32,000 bases of DNA from Candidatus Heimdallarchaeota archaeon. Its GTDB lineage: Archaea > Asgardarchaeota > Heimdallarchaeia > Heimdallarchaeales > Heimdallarchaeaceae. The notes beneath the pieces were generated by a model that saw only the letters and a program-made list of their open reading frames with translations, did no database searches and had not been told where the DNA came from. The stretch is from the NCBI GenBank assembly GCA_030668875.1, contig DAOVER010000010.1:1-32000 (forward strand), given 5' to 3'. Below are positions 16,822-25,489 of the stretch, one piece after another (positions within the stretch are counted from its first letter, which is position 1; each line of letters starts with the position of its first letter). A program made the position numbers and the translations under genes.

Positions 16822-18246
16822 ATGGCGGAAGAAAAAGAACTAAGAGAGGAAATTGCTGAGCTAAAGGCCAGCATAAAAGAACTACAAAAGCACCAAGCTA
16901 ACGCATACAAAGATCTAGACGATGAAGAAAGAGCTACTAAGTCAGCGTCTGAGAAAAAACAAGATAAAATCAAAAGAGATGATAAAAGAAAAATCGAGCG
17001 AGACATTAATAAGACAAAACGCAGGTCTGAACGTTCCATCCATGCTGAGCCTCTGGAAGAAACAAGTCCATTAAAACCAATAAAAGTAGTAAAACCAGTA
17101 AGAATAGTAAAACCAGTAAGACCTCCAAGGCCAGCAAGGCCAGCAAGACCTGTTAGTCCTAGAGCTTTCAAAGGATTTGAGGGACGAATCAATTTTGAAT
17201 CAGAAGATTTCAAGGATTCACTGAAGGATTTTACTAAGAGAGTTGAAAAAGCAGCAAAAGAAGGAGAAAAAGTAGCAAAAGAGATTACAGACAAACTTAC
17301 TAAAAAAATACAAAAAGCATTGGAAAAAGAAAATGAAAGGTTAAGAGAGGCTGTAGATATTTCAACTGAAGAATATGAAGAGATAATTGATAAAATAGAG
17401 GACTTTAGAACAGAGATAGATGATGCTCAACAAAACATAGATGAAGAAAGAGCCACACTAATAGAAGCTCAACGAGAAATGGGTATGGCAAAACGAAGAA
17501 TGGAACGTGCTTATCAAGAAGGAGATCGAGAACTTCAACGCGAAGCTAAAGAAAAGTTAAGGGAAGCAACAGAGGAGTTACAAGATGCCAGGGATGATAT
17601 TAGAGACGCAAAAAATGAACTAACTCACGCAAAAAGGGAATTTGCTAGATTGCAAAGAAGAGCAGCGAAAATTCATGAGGCACAATCAAAGAACGGAGGA
17701 TCAAGAGTAATTCGAGTGGATGATGTTGATTTAGGGGCAACTTTCACAGAATATTCTGACAGAGTAATGTCTTCATTAGCTAAAAACCTTGAAAGCACAA
17801 TAAAAATTGCTGTTGATGGCGGTAGAAAAGCTATTAGAGGGGTTGCTACTCAAATAGAAAAAAATGGTGGTACCATCGTTATTGAGCATGAAGGCGCGAT
17901 AGATACTGAGGAATATGAAGAATTGACAGAAAAAACTGCAGATCTTTTATCAGCATTAGGAGACAAGAACAGATTGCTTCTTCTAAAAATACTTGAAAAT
18001 TCTCCACAATATCAAAAAGAGCTTGCAGAAGAAACAGGGTTGCGTGGTGGTACCTTTAAGCACCATACAGACATTCTCCAAGATGCTAATTTTATTACAA
18101 GAGAAGCAATTCGAGGAAGATATCTAATCACTCAATTAGGGATTGAAGCTCTCAAATTATCTGAATTGATACATTATCGTAAGAGACAACTAGAAAATTA
18201 CGAAAATGAAGATGATGACACAATCGACATTGATATTGAAGATTAA
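16822..18246 (+). CDS. ArsR-type winged-HTH regulator with a very long N-terminal coiled coil and a Pro/Arg-rich repeat
   Basis: C-terminal LLSALGDKNRLLLLKILE..ELAEETGLRGGTFKHHTDILQDANFI..RGRYLITQLG; heptads at about aa 165-280; KPVRIVKPVRPPRPARPARP; AGGTGA SD. Confidence 0.8.
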   Translation: MAEEKELREEIAELKASIKELQKHQANAYKDLDDEERATKSASEKKQDKIKRDDKRKIERDINKTKRRSERSIHAEPLEETSPLKPIKVVKPVRIVKPVRPPRPARPARPVSPRAFKGFEGRINFESEDFKDSLKDFTKRVEKAAKEGEKVAKEITDKLTKKIQKALEKENERLREAVDISTEEYEEIIDKIEDFRTEIDDAQQNIDEERATLIEAQREMGMAKRRMERAYQEGDRELQREAKEKLREATEELQDARDDIRDAKNELTHAKREFARLQRRAAKIHEAQSKNGGSRVIRVDDVDLGATFTEYSDRVMSSLAKNLESTIKIAVDGGRKAIRGVATQIEKNGGTIVIEHEGAIDTEEYEELTEKTADLLSALGDKNRLLLLKILENSPQYQKELAEETGLRGGTFKHHTDILQDANFITREAIRGRYLITQLGIEALKLSELIHYRKRQLENYENEDDDTIDIDIED

Positions 18247-18264
18247 ACAATTGGTGAGAAAACA

Positions 18265-18939
18265 ATGAGATTAAGTGTAAAAAACCGTCCTTTGAAAATC
18301 ACCCACAGTTATGAATATACTTTCGATAATAATATTGTTAAAATCTCATTATCAAAGAAGTCCCTCTTATTTCCAGTTTTTAATGAAAAGGAAAATAGGC
18401 AGATAGGATTTCTTCTTGAAGGACCTATAGGGATTATTGCAGATTTAATAGTTCATTCCCAAAAAGGTGCAGTAGGAGAATTATTTGATAGAACATTCTC
18501 TACGGTCATCCTTTTTCCGGTTGAACTCCCTTTTCTTTCATTAGATCATGTTAAAGAAACATCTCCTGTGGAAAATTTTGAACCTTATCAGGAACTATTG
18601 AATAAATATAATAGAGGTTTTTCATTAAACAAAATTGGAATAACAGATATAAGCAAACATACTTTGATAGTAACACAAAAACCCAAATTATTTTGGTTAA
18701 TTAGTTCTGATGGAGCATTCTTAATAGGGAAGAAAGAGATCATAGGAAGAAAAGGTCCAAAGAAATTTCTATGGATTTCTAAGAAAGGATTGATATCAGT
18801 AAACAAAGATGGAAAATACAGATCTGTAACGGATATACTCCAAATTAAAGAAATCAAGCAATCTTTCCAGAACATCTTTGGAAAACCACTGTCAAATCTA
18901 TTTTCAAGTATTCAAGACTCATTTTCAAAATTTGCATAA
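18265..18939 (+). CDS. Hypothetical protein, last gene of the operon
   Basis: GGTGA SD, 18-bp gap after the ArsR gene, beta-rich N-half. Confidence 0.7.
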   Translation: MRLSVKNRPLKITHSYEYTFDNNIVKISLSKKSLLFPVFNEKENRQIGFLLEGPIGIIADLIVHSQKGAVGELFDRTFSTVILFPVELPFLSLDHVKETSPVENFEPYQELLNKYNRGFSLNKIGITDISKHTLIVTQKPKLFWLISSDGAFLIGKKEIIGRKGPKKFLWISKKGLISVNKDGKYRSVTDILQIKEIKQSFQNIFGKPLSNLFSSIQDSFSKFA

Positions 18940-18963
18940 TTTAGTGCAATTTTCTCTTTTTTT

Positions 18964-19944
18964 TTATTTAGATTTATATTCAATTTGTTTTACAGCTTTT
19001 GCAATTTGCCTTGAAATTACTGGTGGAACAGCCTCTCCAACTTGATTAAAGACTGAATCAACATTACCAGTAAAAACAAATGTATCAGGAAAGCTCATCA
19101 AACGAGCATGTTCTCTAGCAGTTAGGGGACGATTCTTATAAGGATGGATGAACCGAGATTTACCCATAATAGTTTCAGCTGCTTTTTCTGGATCAAGTTT
19201 TATCCAAGTTTTCTTTTCTTCAACAGCTCCAGAAAAATAAACTGCCGCCCCACCCTTTTTTATTCGATGTACTCTATCACTTACTCTCTTTGGAAAGAAG
19301 AGTGTAAAATGATTTGAAAAATTATTAGGATAAGAGGGATCGGGGAGATTACTAATAGCTTCAGATGTAGTGATAGTTCTCTGCTTTGGAAGTTTCAAAC
19401 GAACATTACTTATGAAAACTCTAGTTCTTTCACTTGGACACCCATGGTTTTCAGCAGTAATAACATTGAAGTATATTTTCTCAAAACCAACCTTCTCAAA
19501 TTCATTCGAAATCAACTCTTTTCCAATACCATTCATCATAGGAACAACGTTCTCAATAACGAAAAAATTTGGTGTTAAATCACCAATAATTCGTATTGCA
19601 TGAAAAATCAAATCTCCATTGGGATCGGTGTAAAATCTATCAAATGGATCTTTATGTCTAGTTGTGTTAGCGGAAGTGAAAGGTTCACATGGTGGAGAAG
19701 CAAGGATAACATCTGGTGTTTCACATATTTCTGACTCAATCTGTAAAGAGTGAATGGTACGAATATCAGCATTCATTAATGGTGTATCGGGAAAATTAAG
19801 TTTGTATGTCTTAGCTACACCCTCATCTACCTCAACAGCAAGTAAATCTCTAAATCCTTTATGCACAAAACCTAAACTAAATCCTCCTGCTCCTGAGAAT
19901 AGATCAATGAATGAGAGTTCCTTCTTTTTTGAACTAAGGGGCAT
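18964..19944 (-). CDS. Orphan C5-cytosine methyltransferase (Dcm/DNMT2 superfamily)
   Basis: Motif I FIDLFSGAGG, IV SPPCEPF, VI ENV, VIII RTRVFI, IX LTAREHARLMSFPD, X QVGEAVPP. The true ATG is at 19944; the ORF-track extension runs through the tRNA. Confidence 0.9.
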   Translation of the reverse strand: MPLSSKKKELSFIDLFSGAGGFSLGFVHKGFRDLLAVEVDEGVAKTYKLNFPDTPLMNADIRTIHSLQIESEICETPDVILASPPCEPFTSANTTRHKDPFDRFYTDPNGDLIFHAIRIIGDLTPNFFVIENVVPMMNGIGKELISNEFEKVGFEKIYFNVITAENHGCPSERTRVFISNVRLKLPKQRTITTSEAISNLPDPSYPNNFSNHFTLFFPKRVSDRVHRIKKGGAAVYFSGAVEEKKTWIKLDPEKAAETIMGKSRFIHPYKNRPLTAREHARLMSFPDTFVFTGNVDSVFNQVGEAVPPVISRQIAKAVKQIEYKSK

Positions 19945-19967
19945 TTTTGCTGCACAACTTCTAAAAT

Positions 19968-20046
19968 TGGTGGGGCAGGCAGGATTTGAACCTGCGACAT
20001 CCACTGTGTGAGAGTGGCATCATGGGCCAAGCTAGATCACTGCTCC
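19968..20046 (-). tRNA. tRNA-Val(CAC), CCA encoded, A3-C70 mismatch
   Basis: Reverse complement GGAGCAG TG ATCTAGCTTGGCCCATGAT G CCACT CTCACAC AGTGG ATGTC GCAGG TTCAAAT CCTGC CTGCCCC A CCA. Confidence 0.93.
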
Positions 20047-20069
20047 TAAGCAGTAGGTGATTAACTGAT

Positions 20070-20085
20070 AAGTATTTATTTTTTC
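20070..20085 (-). promoter_or_regulatory. Putative BRE/TATA for tRNA-Val (and likely the methyltransferase)
   Basis: AAAAAATAAATACTT on the minus strand about 27-35 nt upstream of the tRNA 5' end. Confidence 0.45.
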
Positions 20086-20115
20086 TGTTTCCTATTGTTA
20101 TTGAAAAATTAGATA

Positions 20116-20350
20116 GATATGCCCCTGAGGTTAACCCTTGGTATCATTTTAAGGGGATATCCCATATCCACCAGTTGAGCGCCTCAGGAGCAACTGTATC
20201 CCGCTAGGGTTGACTCACCTTCATTGTATTGAGTGTTACACTCAACTAGGGAAAGAGCCCGTTGATAGCGGAAATGTAGCCTTTTCCTTGCACCTTCTTT
20301 CCTAGTCGGCATCGCCATCTCTAGAAAGTCCTCGATAAAGGCAATATATC
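20116..20350. ncRNA. Candidate structured non-coding RNA, family unknown
   Basis: About 47% GC (110/235 by hand) in AT-rich surroundings, no credible ORF, several stems and a 7-bp loop-loop complementarity. Confidence 0.5.
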
Positions 20351-20407
20351 ATAACTCTTCGGCTATCTTGAAGTTTTTTATCTGATACAAAAGAAAGAAA
20401 GAAGAAA

Positions 20408-21475
20408 TCAGAAAGTCTTTACCGCTTCAAGTAAGTCCATGTGTTTTTCAAAGTAGTTTCTCGAAGGTTTAAGAATTTCCCCTAAAGACTTAGATACCGC
20501 TGATTTAAGGTCCATAGGATGTAACTCACCTTTGAAATACACCTCTTCAAACTGTTTGTAACTAGTGAATGTGATGTCACCACCAAATTTTTCCGTTCTC
20601 TCAATCTTGAAAGTAGAGTACATTTGGAAGATAATATATTGCACCATTTCTGTGATTGGATTACCTGTAACTTGTTTAGGAGGACATTGAGCTTTTTTGA
20701 TTTTTCTAAATATGTCTTCCTCACTATCATGAATAAATATACATGTATCTGGCTTAGATTTACTCATTTTTGCATCAATCTGTGCAGATAAATCAGGAAC
20801 AGCTTCAGCATCCATTTTCTTCCCTAATCCTTCCAAACCTGTCAACAAAGGTGTGTGAAGACATGAAGGTTTAGTAAAACCTAACTTTTCAGCTGTATCT
20901 CTTGCTAGCATATGTGCTTTTCTCTGATCCATTCCACCAACAGCTAAATCGATCTCCATATCATAAATATCAGCTACTTGCATTGCGGGATAATAAAGAA
21001 AAGCTGATTCCATCTCCCCTTCAGTTTTTCTACCCATAATTGGCATGGTCCTCATTATTCTAGCAATGGAATTTGCTTTAGCAACCCGCACTACTTTAGC
21101 CCAATAATCACTTCGTTCTACTAACTCTGAAGACCAGATATACTTGATGTTGTGCCCTTTGACACCAACCGATTCAAAAGCCTTTTGAAAATATTCACCA
21201 GCTATCTTGATTTTATCCATATCAGCTCCAAGTTTATTATTAATCCAACTATGCCAATCTGCAAGGAAGACAACGGTTTCGAATCCAGCTTTTGCTAAAT
21301 CTTGTAATTTGTTACCAATTACTAAACCTGTTCCCAAGTGAAGTAATCCTGAAAGTTCAAAACCTACGTAAGCACGTGGCTTTTCTTTTTCAGTGAAAAT
21401 TTTTTGTATTTCTTCTTTTAGGATAACTTCTTCTGCATTTCTTGTTACTAATTTCATCTTATCTTCAATAGACAT
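20408..21475 (-). CDS. tyrS: Tyrosine--tRNA ligase (archaeal type)
   Basis: AYVGFELSGLLHLG (HIGH-like), YPAMQVADI, GGMDQRKAHMLARD, KMSKS and LHPMDLK motifs. Confidence 0.95.
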   Translation of the reverse strand: MSIEDKMKLVTRNAEEVILKEEIQKIFTEKEKPRAYVGFELSGLLHLGTGLVIGNKLQDLAKAGFETVVFLADWHSWINNKLGADMDKIKIAGEYFQKAFESVGVKGHNIKYIWSSELVERSDYWAKVVRVAKANSIARIMRTMPIMGRKTEGEMESAFLYYPAMQVADIYDMEIDLAVGGMDQRKAHMLARDTAEKLGFTKPSCLHTPLLTGLEGLGKKMDAEAVPDLSAQIDAKMSKSKPDTCIFIHDSEEDIFRKIKKAQCPPKQVTGNPITEMVQYIIFQMYSTFKIERTEKFGGDITFTSYKQFEEVYFKGELHPMDLKSAVSKSLGEILKPSRNYFEKHMDLLEAVKTF

Positions 21476-21651
21476 TGCGTATCACCTGAGTTTTACGAAA
21501 ATTCTTTGATGATTTCTGCCCCACAGTAATAATAGTAAAAACGAACTAATGAAAGTCATAGATATTCCAAGGGCATCATCTCTACCTACGAATCTCGATT
21601 TTACTATTAAGGTTTTTGGCCATCAATAAGAAAAGAAAAAAAAGAGAAGAA

Positions 21652-23121
21652 TTAGATTTGTTTAAATTCTATTACACGGAGATTGGTTGGTTGTTTAGTG
21701 ATTTCAGCTTTTCGAGCACCAATTACCATTTTGATTCCTTTAGCATGTGATTTTTCAAGCAACCTCTGGGTAATTACACCATCTATGAGTAATACATGCG
21801 CTTGTTCAACACCATCTAAGTTCGAATAAATTTCACTTGCAGGACTCCGTAGAATTTCTTTTTCAGTCTCATCAAAAACAATTGCTTCATGTTTTGATTT
21901 GATATTTTTGACAGAAACGGACAAATATTCAGGCAGTTGAACTTTTCTTATTTCTCTTTGAGGAGGCCTACCACGTGGTCTGCCAGGAGGACGACTTGAA
22001 GGCCTGCTAGAAGATGGTGGTTTTTTAGTAACTGCACTATCACGAGGTTGTCTTCCCTTAACAGGTTGTTTCACAGAAGTTGTCGGTTTAACCGCTGTTT
22101 CCTTTTTCACTGAGGAAGTTTTTGAAGCAGCTGGTTTTACATCTTTTCCAGCTCTTGAGGAAGGTCTAGTTTTGGGTTTCTTTTCAGTTTCTTTTTTAGA
22201 TCTGAGAATTCTTCTTTTCTTTTTATCACCAGATTTATCTTTATCAAGAAATTCTTTTACTGTTTTCCCTTCATCCTCTCCTGTCAAGAAAATAGTTTTT
22301 TCAACTGATACAGCATCATTAAGGGCTTTGTTTACTTGATCTTTGTTTAAGTCTTCGACTTCTTTTCCTTTTGGAGCACGCGCCACATACTGTACATGTG
22401 CAACTTGAAGAAGCTCTTTAAGAATCAAATCACCACCCCTATCCCCGTCAAGGAAAGCTGTAACAGTTTTTTTCTTGATCAAATCAATCAATTTGGGGGG
22501 GACACTGGTTCCATTCACCGCAATAGTGTTATCAACACCATATTTTAGAAGATTAACGACATCCGCTCTTCCTTCTACCAGAATTGTTTTCTTTTGTCTT
22601 TCAAATCCAGGTCCTGCAGAAATTCCTTCATCAGTCAATTTAACTATTGAACCTGGTTTTGAGGATTTTTCAACTTCCAATGTTATAGAAGAACTAAATG
22701 GGCTTACATTTTGATCCCATTGTCTAATAATTTCAGAAGCACGATCAACAATTGATTGTCTTTTGTTAACTCGCACATCAACTATCTCTTTCAGCTGTAT
22801 TTGACAACTACATGGACCAACTCTATCTACTGTTTCAAGAGTAGCTGCGAGTATTGCGGTCTCTGTTCTTGATAAACTAGAAGGAATAACTATTTTACCT
22901 GTAGTTTTTCCCCTACTACTAGAATAATCAACACTAATTCTCCCGATTCTACCGGTTTTTTGAAGTTCTCGGATGTCAAGGTTTTCACTCAGTAATCCGT
23001 CGGTTTGCCCATAAATAGCGCCAACGATATCTGGCTTTTCTACCACTCCATCGACTTCGAATTTAGCTGTAATTTCATATTTTGTTGTTGAAGTATCAGT
23101 TTTTACGCCCATATCCTTCAC
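21652..23121 (-). CDS. dnaG: Archaeal DnaG (Toprim, exosome-associated) with a long basic low-complexity insertion
   Basis: VVEKPDIVGAIYGQTDGLL..ELQKTGRIGRI, ILVEGRADV, FLDGDRGG and DGVITQRL motifs. Confidence 0.95.
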   Translation of the reverse strand: MKDMGVKTDTSTTKYEITAKFEVDGVVEKPDIVGAIYGQTDGLLSENLDIRELQKTGRIGRISVDYSSSRGKTTGKIVIPSSLSRTETAILAATLETVDRVGPCSCQIQLKEIVDVRVNKRQSIVDRASEIIRQWDQNVSPFSSSITLEVEKSSKPGSIVKLTDEGISAGPGFERQKKTILVEGRADVVNLLKYGVDNTIAVNGTSVPPKLIDLIKKKTVTAFLDGDRGGDLILKELLQVAHVQYVARAPKGKEVEDLNKDQVNKALNDAVSVEKTIFLTGEDEGKTVKEFLDKDKSGDKKKRRILRSKKETEKKPKTRPSSRAGKDVKPAASKTSSVKKETAVKPTTSVKQPVKGRQPRDSAVTKKPPSSSRPSSRPPGRPRGRPPQREIRKVQLPEYLSVSVKNIKSKHEAIVFDETEKEILRSPASEIYSNLDGVEQAHVLLIDGVITQRLLEKSHAKGIKMVIGARKAEITKQPTNLRVIEFKQI

Positions 23122-23603
23122 CTACTTTTTGTTTATTTATAAGTTGCAAAGTCAACAAAAAACCGATAGGTATATCCACTATTCCCTTCACCCTTAATTA
23201 CTTTCTATAAACTTAATTCAATCTGAATTTTTCAAACATGAAATACACTTTTTTAGTGTGTTCTGTAAGAGTATGATTTATGATTATTATTATGTAAAGA
23301 TCATCAATGATCGTGACAGGTGATTGTAAGTGTGATACCCATCAGACTTCTTTCAACTTTTATGCAAACTTTAATTTTTATTTGCTATCAAGGTACGTTC
23401 TTGTACCTTTTAGTCTGATTTGTGAACTAATCTATTTAGTTCAAGAAAATGAAGGGTAAAGTGTGTTAAAAACGTTCCCATATATCACAATTGGTCACAT
23501 TTTCAGGGAACATTTCTGCTTTCCTACATTATGTCATAAACAATTGGATAATCTTTTGCTTAACTTTAAATAATAAATAATTTAGCTTTATTTAGAGATT
23601 AAC

Positions 23604-24050
23604 ATGAATACAGCATTATATGTAGGCATAGGGGTGGCAGTTTTTCTAGCGGGAATTTTCTTAATCATCTATTTCTCTTTGAAGAGAAGAAAAAAAGCAA
23701 AGAGTCCTATATTAGAAAGAGCAAACGATACAATTGTTATCGTAACACAACGCATTCATACAATGAATCAAAGAATAAAAAAACTGGATGAAAGTGTTAC
23801 CAAATTAGTGATAGCTAAAGAAAAGAATGATTCATCACTAATTGATGAAACCATCGATATGGAAAATATTCAAACCAAGATTGATCAAAATAAAAAAGAG
23901 ATAGAGGAGCTTATTGCTGATATAAAAGATCTTAGAGATTTTAAGACAGAAATTGAGGATGTCATTAAAATAAAAGAGGAAAATAGCTTGGAAGAACTAG
24001 AGAAACTCTTAGATGCTGTTAAGGAGAAACTTCAATACAGATTCATCTGA
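23604..24050 (+). CDS. N-terminally anchored membrane protein with cytoplasmic coiled coil
   Basis: Hydrophobic LYVGIGVAVFLAGIFLIIYFSL followed by KRRKK, then heptad-rich sequence. Confidence 0.7.
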   Translation: MNTALYVGIGVAVFLAGIFLIIYFSLKRRKKAKSPILERANDTIVIVTQRIHTMNQRIKKLDESVTKLVIAKEKNDSSLIDETIDMENIQTKIDQNKKEIEELIADIKDLRDFKTEIEDVIKIKEENSLEELEKLLDAVKEKLQYRFI

Positions 24051-24167
24051 TTCAATAAAAAAATCACGTTTCCCTTTTTCTAGTGAGTTTTTTTATTCTT
24101 GCTCTTAATAGAAATGCTTTTATTAACTTGTTTAAAGCAGAAACTAAAATAATTGAGGTATGCTTGA

Positions 24168-24326
24168 ATGCCAGTTACAAACCCAGAGTACCGTGCAATA
24201 GCTCGTTCTCATATTATGAATAAAAAAGTATGTAGAAAGTGCTACGCTACAAATCCACCTAATGCTAAAAAGTGTAGAAAATGCAGATCACCAGAATTAC
24301 GAATGAAACGTTCAAACAAAAAGTAA
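24168..24326 (+). CDS. rpl40e: 50S ribosomal protein L40e (missed by ORF track)
   Basis: 52 aa, KKVCRKCYATNPPNAKKCRKCRSPELRMK; GAGGT SD. Confidence 0.95.
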   Translation: MPVTNPEYRAIARSHIMNKKVCRKCYATNPPNAKKCRKCRSPELRMKRSNKK

Positions 24327-24465
24327 TGGTGAACTAGAGACTAGGTTAGGATACAATGTTTGGTGCATTTACATAAAACTTAAATGTAAATTAATCTCTC
24401 GATTATTTGATTGTTATTTATATACTAAATAAGAACTCTGAACCGTATAACAACGTGGTAAGTGT

Positions 24466-25365
24466 ATGAGTGTCGAAAGTGAAGAAATGAGCTTGGAAGA
24501 AAAAAAAGTGCATTTAGGTTCACTAAGATTGAAACGAAAAGAGTTCATTGATAAGCTCCGAACATGTAATGAAAAACGTAATGAAATCAAAAGCAGTCGG
24601 GATCAGAAGAACAAGCAGGCTAAAGATTTATTCAATGAAGCCAAAACTTCTAAGGGACGGAGAGACCAAATAAATGAAGAAGTTCAAGTTCGCAAACAGA
24701 TGCGAGACATTCTACGAGAAGACGCAGACAAGATAGGTAAAAGACTTGTTAAATTAGGGTCACAAATGAAGAACGTTGGAGTTCCGAAAAATAGAAGGGT
24801 GGGAGAAAAAATTCGTCGTTTAGAAAGACAGTTGGAAACAACTCCCTTTTTAACCAAAGAAATGGAAAAAAGTACACTTAGTCAATTAGAAGAACTAAGT
24901 GCAGAATTTGAAAAAATTGAACAATTCAAGGATTTGCGAAGTGAAGTACGAGATATTCAAAATAAACTTCGATATATGCAAACTGAAATTAAGACATATC
25001 ATACAAGTGTCACAACACTTGCTCAAGAATCCCAAATTCATCAGGAAAAAATGCTTGGAGCAACCAAAGAAGCTAGAAAAATCAAAGATGAAGCTGATGC
25101 TGCCCATGCAGAAGTAATTGCCCTCAGCGGTCAAATTACTGAAATTCGTAAAACTCTCGATGGTATAACTCAAGAGGTTAAGAAACTCTCTAATGAGTTT
25201 GGAATTGAACTTCATGCTGTTAGAAAAGCTAGAAGAGTTGAGGCCAAGCGCGCAAGAGATAAAAAGCTGGATGCAAAAGCTGAAGAAATACTTGTTAGAT
25301 ATAATGAAGGTAATAAATTAACTTTAGATGAATTTAAGGTTCTCATGGAGCGAGGCTTAATCTAA
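24466..25365 (+). CDS. Conserved archaeal coiled-coil protein (COG1340-like)
   Basis: Continuous heptads, LERQLET..LTKEMEK, and C-terminal AEEIL.RY.EG.KLTLDEFKVL. Confidence 0.8.
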   Translation: MSVESEEMSLEEKKVHLGSLRLKRKEFIDKLRTCNEKRNEIKSSRDQKNKQAKDLFNEAKTSKGRRDQINEEVQVRKQMRDILREDADKIGKRLVKLGSQMKNVGVPKNRRVGEKIRRLERQLETTPFLTKEMEKSTLSQLEELSAEFEKIEQFKDLRSEVRDIQNKLRYMQTEIKTYHTSVTTLAQESQIHQEKMLGATKEARKIKDEADAAHAEVIALSGQITEIRKTLDGITQEVKKLSNEFGIELHAVRKARRVEAKRARDKKLDAKAEEILVRYNEGNKLTLDEFKVLMERGLI

Positions 25366-25489
25366 TAGGAAAAACTCCTTCTACTTATTGTTAATCATAT
25401 CCATTTTTAGTGTTTAAAATACTCACAGTATTCACAATTCTTAAAATATCCAAGTATAAGCATACAACAAATAGCTTAGGTGGCTATGC

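Noticed and set aside
16803-17294. 163-aa minus-strand ORF with GLAGLAGLGG repeats
   Set aside because: It is the antisense reading of the Pro-rich repeat in the ArsR gene.
18964-19944. Restriction-modification system
   Set aside because: No adjacent nuclease or specificity gene. The convergent neighbour 18265..18939 belongs to another operon and shows no PD-(D/E)xK or HNH motif.
19945-20004. N-terminal extension MDVAGSNPACPT of the methyltransferase in the ORF track
   Set aside because: It is the translated T-arm and acceptor of tRNA-Val; the real start is ATG 19944.
20116-20350. Identification as RNase P, SRP, cobalamin/TPP riboswitch or group I/II intron
   Set aside because: Only isolated words match (AGAAAGTCC, GGTGCAAG, GCAACTGT, CAGG-AGCA). 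Their order and spacing do not fit, there is no SRP helix 8 tetraloop, and there is no intron domain V or P7.
23604-24050. SNARE-like protein
   Set aside because: The membrane anchor is N-terminal, whereas SNAREs are C-terminally anchored; the coiled coil is generic.
24466-25365. SMC/ESCRT-like or other novel filament protein
   Set aside because: It matches the widespread archaeal COG1340-type coiled-coil family and has no ATPase motifs.
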